In this document: in pieces, positions 36,171 to 43,833 of the stretch | Position numbering within the stretch: position 1 is the first letter of the stretch | Layout: each line of letters opens with the position of its first letter | Source of the DNA: Vicinamibacterales bacterium | Lineage (GTDB): Bacteria > Acidobacteriota > Vicinamibacteria > Vicinamibacterales > JAMQPK01 | DNA: 64,000 bases | Reading direction: 5' to 3' | Assembly (NCBI GenBank): GCA_035281225.1 | Contig: DATEEI010000117.1 | Coordinates: 62,720 to 126,719, forward strand | Notes under the pieces: generated by a model | The model's input: only the letters and a program-made list of their open reading frames with translations | What the model was told of the DNA's origin: nothing | The model's database searches: none | Program-made: the position numbers and the translations under genes

Positions 36171-37820
36171 TCACCGCAGGCGCTGCCTCACCGCGGCGTA
36201 GAGCGGATCCCGGCCGGCCTTGTAGTCGTCCCACGTCGTCTCGACGACGACATCTGGAGTGAGGCGGGCAACCTGGAGCTCGAAGTAATACGGCTTCAGC
36301 AATGGATAGTCGCGTTTCGAATACCTGTGGAAACCGTTGGTGTAGTGGACAGCAAGCTGCGAGTTCGGTAGGAGTAGGTTGCCACCTTCGGACCAGAAGT
36401 CGAGCCCGTCGCCTACCGGCTCGCCGATCAGGACGGCGCCCCGCTGCTTCCACTGCGCAGCGTGCGTGATGCCGGCCGAAAAGGTGGCGCGCCCCGTCAG
36501 CACGAACAGCCGCCTTCCATTGAGCAGCGGTGCGATCGTGTGTACGAGCGGCGTCGCCAAGTTGAGGTTGCCGCCGGTATTGAAGCGAAGATCGACGACA
36601 AACGCCTTCGGCGTGGTGCGTTTCGCGGCATCGGCAAGCTGGGTCGCGAACGCGGCCATGGGCTTCGACGCCATCGCGTCCGCCCGGTTGTACTGGAAAT
36701 AGAGGACCGAGTCTTCCGGAACGAGCTCGAACCAATAGTGTTCCCGCACGTTGCGGAGATAGCGCGGCGCCCGTTCCGTTGGCAACGCGAACGCACTGAG
36801 CGCCGCGTCGCTCTCTCGGTACGCTGGCGCGAGATCCCACCACGCCTCCACCGCAGCGGTCGATCGACGTACGGGCGGCGCCGGCAGCATGACTTGGCGC
36901 CTGCCATCCTCGCAGGCGACCGTGAACACCACCCGTCGAGCGTCTGCGATCACGCCGGCACCGGCAAGTACCTCTGGGCTGGTCAAGTAGTACGCGGACA
37001 TGTAGCGCCGCCACGAGGCGTTGCCTGCTTTGACATCACGCACCAGCCGGAACGCTTCGTCTGCCGATCGTCCACCGATCCGGATCACGCGGCACCCGAG
37101 CAGGTTCTGCTGCTCCGCCGCTGTGCGGACGATGCGCAGCTCGTTGCCGAACCACCATACGCGAACCGGGAGGCGGCTCACCTCCGTCCGGTTGCGGATG
37201 AAGTAAAGACGGGTGTGCGCGTTACCACTCATCGCCACCACGCGCGAGAGGCCAACGAACAGCTCCGCGTCGCTCATCGATCCGGCACCCTGCTTCAGGC
37301 GCTCCAGCGCCCGCTGTACCTTGGCCCGAGCCGCCGCGTCGAAGCTCCGATCGTAGCGGAGAAACCTGGTGGCCACGGCATCGAGATCCTGCTGCCACGC
37401 TTCGACGCGGTTGCGTGGCGGTGTCTTCGACGGGAGCCGGCCAAACGAGAACGGAAATGACTGCCCTTCCCGATCCAGCGTCCCGAAGATGCGGTCGCCG
37501 TCACGGCGCCCGGAGAATGTGAGGACGCGCGTGCCGTTGATTAGCTCGAAGGTGACCTGCGCTTCGGAGATGTCGCGCTTCGCGATCGGTAGCGCGGGCC
37601 CGCCGCTGAGCGACGCCACGCCCGCGTCGAAGTCGATCGTGCCGACCACCGGTCGTTCGGGATCCTGAATTTCGCCTTCCCAGACGCCCATCGCTGTCTG
37701 TGCGCGTGGTGGTTCAACAATCAGCAACACCAGCGCAATGCCGACGCAGAGAGCTCTCGCACGTATTGTCACCGCATTCTCGTTACTGGGCTTGTCGGTA
37801 TCCATTCGCAGCACTATCAA
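36171..37820 (-). CDS. S41-family (tail-specific protease-like) peptidase
   Basis: 'FVVDLRFNTGGNLNL' and 'LTGRATFSAGITHA' resemble the S41 Ser region; N-terminal signal anchor. It ends 14 nt before the hydrolase start. Confidence 0.6.
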   Translation of the reverse strand: MIVLRMDTDKPSNENAVTIRARALCVGIALVLLIVEPPRAQTAMGVWEGEIQDPERPVVGTIDFDAGVASLSGGPALPIAKRDISEAQVTFELINGTRVLTFSGRRDGDRIFGTLDREGQSFPFSFGRLPSKTPPRNRVEAWQQDLDAVATRFLRYDRSFDAAARAKVQRALERLKQGAGSMSDAELFVGLSRVVAMSGNAHTRLYFIRNRTEVSRLPVRVWWFGNELRIVRTAAEQQNLLGCRVIRIGGRSADEAFRLVRDVKAGNASWRRYMSAYYLTSPEVLAGAGVIADARRVVFTVACEDGRRQVMLPAPPVRRSTAAVEAWWDLAPAYRESDAALSAFALPTERAPRYLRNVREHYWFELVPEDSVLYFQYNRADAMASKPMAAFATQLADAAKRTTPKAFVVDLRFNTGGNLNLATPLVHTIAPLLNGRRLFVLTGRATFSAGITHAAQWKQRGAVLIGEPVGDGLDFWSEGGNLLLPNSQLAVHYTNGFHRYSKRDYPLLKPYYFELQVARLTPDVVVETTWDDYKAGRDPLYAAVRQRLR

Positions 37821-37962
37821 TGTCAGTTATTACGCCGCGGGCCCGCAAAGGTTGCAAAAGGCCGTGGGGAGCGCGATTGAGCGCTTGTCCGCTGGCAGAC
37901 TACGAACCTGCGGCCTATACTGCTGCGTGCGGTTGAGGCGTCTAGCTAACGTGGAGGCTGAG

Positions 37963-38148
37963 ATGACTGACTCGATGACGTCGATCGATCGGATGGCCGG
38001 CGCTGCGGTGGCGGTCGTAAGTATTTTCATTGCGTATTGGGCAGGTATCAGCGACTGGCGCCTCTTGCTTGTGAGCACCGCGGCGATGGCCGGCTATCAG
38101 CTGGGTTGGGTTCGCGGCCGTCAGTCCACGATCTCCGCGACGAACTGA
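37963..38148 (+). CDS. Small (61 aa) two-TM membrane protein, hypothetical
   Basis: GGAGG 5 nt before the ATG at 37963. 'AGAAVAVVSIFIAYWAG' and 'LLLVSTAAMAGYQLGW' are hydrophobic helices. Confidence 0.35.
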   Translation: MTDSMTSIDRMAGAAVAVVSIFIAYWAGISDWRLLLVSTAAMAGYQLGWVRGRQSTISATN

Positions 38149-38179
38149 CGGGCCTTCGGTTTTCGGACTCTGCATTTCC

Positions 38180-38791
38180 TTAGAGCTTGCGCGCGACTCC
38201 CTCGAACATAAACGTCATCGGCTTAAGCCCCTTCATATGGCCGGTTTGAATCTGTTCAACGTCAAACCCGCTTTCGCGAATGAGCTGGTCAATCGGCCGG
38301 TTCAGATGGCATCCGCCGCCAATGCGTTTCCAGACGGGCGTGAGTCGATTCTGCCATTGCGCGACGTTGGCTTCTCTGGACAGACCATGCTCGGCAAACA
38401 GCAGTCGACCGTCGGCCTTCAGAACACGCCGCACTTCTGCAAGCGCGGTCGGCAGATCCGGTATCGAGCACATCGTCCAGGTCGTCACGACTGTGTCCAG
38501 GCTGTGGTCCGGTAGCGGAATGGACTCAGCGGAGCCCTCAATCAGCTCGATTGACGGCAAGCGATCGCCAGCGACCGAGCGGGCCATGGAGAGCAGCTTT
38601 GGCGAGGGATCCAAACCAACCACGTAAGTGCCCGACGGATACAGAGACAGATTGAGTCCCGAGCCGACGCCGATCTCCAAGACTCGGCCACGCGCGGCCC
38701 CGGTAACTCGGCGGCGATACGGCTCGAAGTGCGCCTGGCTCATTGACATCTGAATCAGATATGGCAGGATGCGCTCGCGGTAGAAGCTCAC
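38180..38791 (-). CDS. Class I SAM-dependent methyltransferase (Methyltransf_11-like)
   Basis: GTG at 38791 is preceded by AGGAGG (8 nt) and overlaps the upstream ORF stop by 1 nt. Motif I 'VLEIGVGSGLNL', 'LDTVVTTWTMCSI', 'LKADGRLLFAEHG'. Confidence 0.8.
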   Translation of the reverse strand: MSFYRERILPYLIQMSMSQAHFEPYRRRVTGAARGRVLEIGVGSGLNLSLYPSGTYVVGLDPSPKLLSMARSVAGDRLPSIELIEGSAESIPLPDHSLDTVVTTWTMCSIPDLPTALAEVRRVLKADGRLLFAEHGLSREANVAQWQNRLTPVWKRIGGGCHLNRPIDQLIRESGFDVEQIQTGHMKGLKPMTFMFEGVARKL

Positions 38792-39030
38792 TACGAAGAC
38801 CTCCTGCCGCGATCCGCGCCAGCTCGCGTCGTGCAAGCGGACGGCGGATCCTTCATCACCAAGTGAATACCAGCGAAGTACGCGAAGCAGGCACCTACTA
38901 CAGTGGTTCCAAAGCCCACCGACAGCTCGTTGAAGCCCGCGATCGGGCTGTTCGGAATAACGACACCGTAGCCAATTACGAGAGTTGGAACGACGAACGC
39001 GATCAAGGGGACGATGTATTTGAACTGCAT
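38791..39030 (-). CDS. Small (79 aa) membrane protein, hypothetical
   Basis: AGAGG 5 nt before the ATG. Two TM helices ('IVPLIAFVVPTLVIGYGVV', 'FGTTVVGACFAYFAGIHLV'). Tightly packed between tetR and the methyltransferase. Confidence 0.5.
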   Translation of the reverse strand: MQFKYIVPLIAFVVPTLVIGYGVVIPNSPIAGFNELSVGFGTTVVGACFAYFAGIHLVMKDPPSACTTRAGADRGRRSS

Positions 39031-39773
39031 TTACGCCTCTGTCTGGAACGCGTGGCGGCTGGGTTGGAGACGGCTTGATACGTCGCCGACACTAACGATC
39101 GTGTTATGAGATCAACAACCGTCTGACGGACGACGTCGTCGTCGAGCTCCTGCGGATACGGGTCCAGGAAACGATGTCGAGCAAAGAAGGTAACGCTCTC
39201 AACGATGAACCGCGCGGTTGTTGGCGGATCTGCCGAGTGAAAGGCACCGTCCTGCATGCGTATCGCGACATACCTGGTCAAGCGAGCAAACAGATCGCGA
39301 CGCACCTGCTCGAAGAACAATCCAAAGAGCTCAGGCACGTCACGCGCTGACCGCTCGAGAATGGTGGCGCCATCACGCGAACGCTCGGTCTGAAGAAACA
39401 GCTCCAACACGATGGCACGCAGCTCCTCTTTCGTATTGCCGGCCTTCCTGCGCTTCAAGGCTGCGTCTAGCGCCGGGAGCGGGAGCGTGTCGTGCACGCG
39501 CCGGCGAAGCCGCTCCACGATGTTCGCCATCGACGGCGTCCGAAGAGGAAGCTCGCGGCCGTCGAGGTTAAGGCCGGGACGTCCCCATTGCTCGACGAGC
39601 AACAGGAATAGTGCCTCCTTGGATTCCACATAGTTGTAGAGAGACCCGTGCGCCACGCCCATCTCACGAGCGATGTCCGTCATGCGGGCTTGCTTGAGCC
39701 CGGTGCGAGCAAACACGCGCGCGGCTGCCGCCAGCATGCGAGGGACGAACTCCGGCGCGCGAGGTCTGACCAC
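39003..39773 (-). CDS. TetR/AcrR-family transcriptional regulator
   Basis: GTG start. 'AAAARVFARTGLKQARMTDIAREMGVAHGSLYNYVESKEALF' is the TetR HTH. Confidence 0.85.
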   Translation of the reverse strand: MVRPRAPEFVPRMLAAAARVFARTGLKQARMTDIAREMGVAHGSLYNYVESKEALFLLLVEQWGRPGLNLDGRELPLRTPSMANIVERLRRRVHDTLPLPALDAALKRRKAGNTKEELRAIVLELFLQTERSRDGATILERSARDVPELFGLFFEQVRRDLFARLTRYVAIRMQDGAFHSADPPTTARFIVESVTFFARHRFLDPYPQELDDDVVRQTVVDLITRSLVSATYQAVSNPAATRSRQRRKCSSNTSSP

Positions 39774-39790
39774 GTCGACGCACTTTATAA

Positions 39791-39809
39791 TGACTGACTA
39801 TATCAGTCA
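39791..39809. promoter_or_regulatory. Inverted repeat TGACTGA-N5-TCAGTCA (candidate TetR operator)
   Basis: Perfect 7-bp arms inside the 80-bp AT-rich divergent intergenic region. It overlaps the minus-strand TTGACT / TAAAGT promoter elements. Confidence 0.5.
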
Positions 39810-39818
39810 ATAATTAAC

Positions 39819-39847
39819 TTGACACATATATTCAAGTATTCTATTTA
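39819..39847 (+). promoter_or_regulatory. sigma70-type promoter TTGACA-17-TATTTA for the arsR-rhodanese operon
   Basis: TTGACA 39819-39824, 17-bp spacer, TATTTA 39842-39847. The ATG at 39854 lies 7 nt after the -10, implying a leaderless start. Confidence 0.5.
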
Positions 39848-39853
39848 ATATGA

Positions 39854-40561
39854 ATGCACATGAGAGAGCACCGGCAGTTCAAGGACCGCCTCTATGGCCA
39901 GTTCGCGAGACTCGGCAAGGCCCTGGCGAGCCCGCAGCGCCTCGAACTGCTCGACCTACTCGCTCAAAGTGAACGCACAGTGGAGTCGCTGGCCGCGGAG
40001 ATCGGTTCGTCAACGGCCAACACCTCGCAGCATCTCCAGGTGCTGCGTCGAGCGAGCATGGTCGACACCCGTAAGGACGGGCTCTTCGTCCACTACCGGC
40101 TCGCCGATGCGAGTGTGCTGCAGCTCTGTGCGGCGCTTCGAACGGTCGCGGAACGGCAGTATGCGGACCTCGATCGGATCGTTCGCGATCACTTTGGCGA
40201 CCGGTCGGATCCTGAACCCGTGCAAATGGATGAACTGCTCAGGCGCGCGCGAAAAGGTGACGTCGTAATTCTCGATACACGACCGGCGCGCGAGTACGCG
40301 GCCGGCCACCTCGCCGGCGCCATCTCGATGCCGATTGATGAGCTCCACCGTCGACTCCGCAATCTCCCGAAGGCCAAGCCATACGTCGCGTATTGTCGCG
40401 GTCCCTACTGCGTCTATGCGGATCAGGCCGTGACGGCGTTACGACAGACCGGGCGCCGCGCGCAGCGACTCGCCGGAGGATTTCCCGAATGGAGGTCAGC
40501 AGGCCTGCCGATCGAAACAGGTGCGCCGACCGCGCGCGCCGAGAATGCGATGGCGACGTGA
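39854..40561 (+). CDS. ArsR/SmtB-family regulator fused to a C-terminal rhodanese domain
   Basis: wHTH 'LGKALASPQRLELLDLLAQSERTVESLAAEIGSSTANTSQHLQVLRRASMV', then rhodanese 'VVILDTRPAREYAAGHLAGAISMP...AYCRGPYCVYA'. No ELCVCDL-type metal site. Confidence 0.85.
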   Translation: MHMREHRQFKDRLYGQFARLGKALASPQRLELLDLLAQSERTVESLAAEIGSSTANTSQHLQVLRRASMVDTRKDGLFVHYRLADASVLQLCAALRTVAERQYADLDRIVRDHFGDRSDPEPVQMDELLRRARKGDVVILDTRPAREYAAGHLAGAISMPIDELHRRLRNLPKAKPYVAYCRGPYCVYADQAVTALRQTGRRAQRLAGGFPEWRSAGLPIETGAPTARAENAMAT

Positions 40562-41853
40562 GTACCAACGCTGCATCGGCGCCTTCGATCACACTCGGGC
40601 TGCGCGAAAACGCCGCGCAATTCACACTCCTGGTCGTCGTCAACGCCTTTGTCGGCGCGATGGTCGGCATCGAACGCAGTATTCTGCCGGCTATTGCAGA
40701 ACAGGAGTTTGCGCTCGCGGCACGCTCAGCGATTCTGTCATTCATCGTGGTGTTTGGCGTGTCGAAGGCGCTCACGAACTACGGCGCCGGTCGATGGTCC
40801 GATCGATTTGGCCGCAAGTCCGTTCTCGTGCTCGGCTGGCTGGTCGCAGCGCCGGTTCCATTCCTGCTGATGTGGGCTCCCAGCTGGAACTGGATCCTGT
40901 TCGCGAACGTGCTGCTTGGCGTCAGTCAGGGACTCACCTGGTCCACGACCGTCATCATGAAGATCGATCTCGTCGGCCCGAAAGAGCACGGATTGGCGAT
41001 GGGATTGAACGAGTGCGCCGGATACGTGGCCCTTTCCGGGAGCGCTCTCGCGACGGGTTGGGTTGCCGCACACTACGGCCTGCGGCCGCAGCCGTTCTAT
41101 CTGGGTGTAGGCTTCGTCGCCATCGGCCTCGCCCTCTCGGCGATGTTCGTGGGTGAAACACGTCACTTCGCGCACGAATCAGCACGACTCGCCTCGCGGC
41201 GTGACGGCCGCGCAGCCACGTCTCGCGACGTCTTCTGGCGGACCACCTTGCTCGACCCCAACCTTTCAAGCGTCAGCCAAGCCGGGCTTGTCAGCAATCT
41301 AAATGATGGAATGGCATGGGGACTTTTCCCATTGGTATTCGCCGCGGCCGGTATGGACCTCGCTCAGGTCGGACTGCTCGCGGCCATCTATCCCGCCACC
41401 TGGGGCTTTGGGCAATCTGTGACTGGAGCCCTGTCGGACCGCTTGGGCCGGAAGCCACTCATCGTCTGGGGCATGTGGATTCAGGCTGGCGGCATCGCGG
41501 TGATCACCATGGCGCATGCGTTCATGGGATTTGTCGTCGGGGCTTTGTTGATCGGCCTCGGAACCGCGATGGTCTATCCCGCGCTCCTCGCCGCCATCGG
41601 CGATGTTGCGCATCCTTCGTGGCGCGCCTCGGCGGTCGGGATCTATCGCTTGTGGCGGGACCTCGGGTATGCAATCGGGGCGCTGCTGGCGGGACTAGTT
41701 GCCGACTCCTTCGGGTTGTCGGCTGCGATGTGGTTCGTCGCGGCGCTCACCTTTGTGTCGGGAGTGCTGTCGGCAATTCGCATGCGGGAAACACTCTCAC
41801 CACCCACGGTGACGGGGCGAGCAGCTGATTGTGCTGCGGTAGCCGGTTTGTAA
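40558..41853 (+). CDS. MFS transporter
   Basis: GTG at 40558 overlaps the arsR stop (GTGA); alternative ATG at 40489. 12 TM; 'GRWSDRFGRKSVL' is the MFS loop 2-3 motif. Confidence 0.8.
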   Translation: MSTNAASAPSITLGLRENAAQFTLLVVVNAFVGAMVGIERSILPAIAEQEFALAARSAILSFIVVFGVSKALTNYGAGRWSDRFGRKSVLVLGWLVAAPVPFLLMWAPSWNWILFANVLLGVSQGLTWSTTVIMKIDLVGPKEHGLAMGLNECAGYVALSGSALATGWVAAHYGLRPQPFYLGVGFVAIGLALSAMFVGETRHFAHESARLASRRDGRAATSRDVFWRTTLLDPNLSSVSQAGLVSNLNDGMAWGLFPLVFAAAGMDLAQVGLLAAIYPATWGFGQSVTGALSDRLGRKPLIVWGMWIQAGGIAVITMAHAFMGFVVGALLIGLGTAMVYPALLAAIGDVAHPSWRASAVGIYRLWRDLGYAIGALLAGLVADSFGLSAAMWFVAALTFVSGVLSAIRMRETLSPPTVTGRAADCAAVAGL

Positions 41854-41868
41854 GGAAGGTCAGGAAAG

Positions 41869-42975
41869 ATGGCGAAGCAGATTGATGTCGAAACCCTGCG
41901 TCAGTGGCTTGACACCCAACACCCAGTCACCGTCGTCGATGTTCGAGCCGACGAAGACCGCGCCCGGTGGGCTATCCCCGGAAGTATGCACGTGAACGCC
42001 TACCAGTCCTTGCGATCGGGACAACCGGGAGCGCTCGCAGACGCCGTGCTCGCGACTGATCGACCAATCGTGACGGTGTGTGGCGCCGGTCGCATGAGTC
42101 AGACTGCGGCCGACTTCCTCACAGAACGCGGGTTTGATGTTCGTTCGCTGGCCGGGGGTATGAACGCCTGGACTCTCGCATGGAATACAGCGCGCGTCCC
42201 GATTGAATGCGACGGAATCACGATTGTTCAGGTGCGCCGAACCGGCAAGGGCTGCCTGTCGTACTTCGTCATATCAGACGGCGAGGCAATCGTGATCGAC
42301 GCTTCCTTGCCGGTGACTGTCTACGTCGACATCGCCAAGTCGCATGGCGCAACAATCCGTGCGGTGCTCGACACCCACATCCACGCAGATCATTTCTCTC
42401 GCGCGCGGCAGCTCGCCGAGCATGTTGGCGCACCGTTGCTGATGCCACAACAAGAACGCGTTGCGTTTCCATTCAAGCCACTGAAGGACGGCGACGAAAT
42501 CACGGTCCGACAAGCGACACTCATCGCCCGACGCACGCCCGGTCACACCCTTGAAAGCATGTCGTACGTGTTGCCAACGGTCGCCGTATTTACCGGCGAC
42601 ACGCTCTTCATAAAAGGCGTCGGTCGCCCGGACTTGCACGCAGACGCCGCCGGCGCAAGAGATCGTGCGCGCGCACTCTTCCACTCTTTGCAAGCGATCA
42701 GGGCACTTGGTCCAGAAGTCATCGTGCTACCTGCCCACACGAGTGAACCGATTGCATTCGATCGGCATCCTGTGATGACCCGGGTGTCCGACATCGACGC
42801 GTGGCTTGCCGGATGGCTGGCGTCCGAATCTTCTTTCGTAGACCGCGTCGTCTCACGACTGCCGGAGACGCCGCCCAACTTCGGACGCATCGTGGAACTG
42901 AACGAGCGCGGAGAGATGCCGGACCGTGACGTCACGGAACTTGAGGCCGGCGCCAACCGTTGCGCGGTGTCGTGA
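41869..42975 (+). CDS. Rhodanese - MBL-fold metallo-hydrolase fusion (persulfide-dioxygenase-like)
   Basis: N-terminal rhodanese 'VTVVDVRADEDRARWAIPGSMHV...VTVCGAGRMS'; MBL 'VLDTHIHADHFS', 'TPGHT'. Confidence 0.85.
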   Translation: MAKQIDVETLRQWLDTQHPVTVVDVRADEDRARWAIPGSMHVNAYQSLRSGQPGALADAVLATDRPIVTVCGAGRMSQTAADFLTERGFDVRSLAGGMNAWTLAWNTARVPIECDGITIVQVRRTGKGCLSYFVISDGEAIVIDASLPVTVYVDIAKSHGATIRAVLDTHIHADHFSRARQLAEHVGAPLLMPQQERVAFPFKPLKDGDEITVRQATLIARRTPGHTLESMSYVLPTVAVFTGDTLFIKGVGRPDLHADAAGARDRARALFHSLQAIRALGPEVIVLPAHTSEPIAFDRHPVMTRVSDIDAWLAGWLASESSFVDRVVSRLPETPPNFGRIVELNERGEMPDRDVTELEAGANRCAVS

Positions 42976-42992
42976 TGATGAAGGGGGGAGCG

Positions 42993-43826
42993 ATGACAGC
43001 AGGTACTGTGAATCCTAATCAGGCTCTGTGGGAAAAAGGTGACTTCACGCGCATTGCCGCGAGCATGCGCGAGAGCGGTCAAGCGGTGGTCGCCGGTCTC
43101 GGCCTCACGCCTGGGACGCGCGTTCTCGATCTTGGGTGCGGCGATGGCACAACGGCGCTGCCGATGGCCAAGCTCGGCGCTGATGTCACCGGCGTCGACA
43201 TTTCGCGCAATCTGGTCGACGCCGGCAACCGCCGTGCGAGCGAGGCCGGATTATCCAATTGCCGATTTCAGCACGGCGACGCGACCAATTTGCATAGCCT
43301 TCCTGATCGGGCATTCGATTTGGTCGTGAGCATGTTTGGGGCGATGTTCGCGCCGAAGCCGTTCGACGTCGCGAAAGAAATCGTGCGCGTAACCCGGCCC
43401 GGAGGCAGGATCGTGATGGGCAACTGGATTCCAGGCGATCCGACACTCGTCGCGCAGATCCTGAGAATCAGCTCCGCGTACTCTCCACCGCCTCCCGAGG
43501 GGTTCATCAGTCCGATGACATGGGGCATCGAGACCAATGTCATCGAACGGTTTGTCGCCGCCGGGGTTCCCAGCGAGGCAGTGTCCTTCGCCAAGGATGT
43601 TTACACGTTCCGCTTCCCAGGCTCGCCGTCTGCGTTTCTGGCTGAATTCCGGACCTGGTATGGGCCGACGATGAATGCCTTTGCCGCCGCCGAACAATCC
43701 GGCCGGGCCGCGGATCTGCAAACCGAGCTCGAAGCGCTCTTCAATCGTGAGAACCGGAGCGGATCTGCGGACACGACCGAGATCCCGGCGACGTTCCTTC
43801 GGGTGACGGTGATCGTTCCGGCATAG
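42993..43826 (+). CDS. Class I SAM-dependent methyltransferase
   Basis: GGGGGGAG precedes the ATG at 42993 (alternative ATG at 42975 overlapping the upstream stop). Motif I 'VLDLGCGDGTTAL', 'FDLVVSMFGAMF', 'TRPGGRIVM'. Confidence 0.8.
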   Translation: MTAGTVNPNQALWEKGDFTRIAASMRESGQAVVAGLGLTPGTRVLDLGCGDGTTALPMAKLGADVTGVDISRNLVDAGNRRASEAGLSNCRFQHGDATNLHSLPDRAFDLVVSMFGAMFAPKPFDVAKEIVRVTRPGGRIVMGNWIPGDPTLVAQILRISSAYSPPPPEGFISPMTWGIETNVIERFVAAGVPSEAVSFAKDVYTFRFPGSPSAFLAEFRTWYGPTMNAFAAAEQSGRAADLQTELEALFNRENRSGSADTTEIPATFLRVTVIVPA

Positions 43827-43833
43827 GCGCACG

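Noticed and set aside
36157-37014. N-terminal 286 codons of listed ORF 34645..37014
   Set aside because: This extension lies wholly inside the S41-like gene in another frame and looks like shadow sequence. A signal peptide begins at the internal ATG at 36156.
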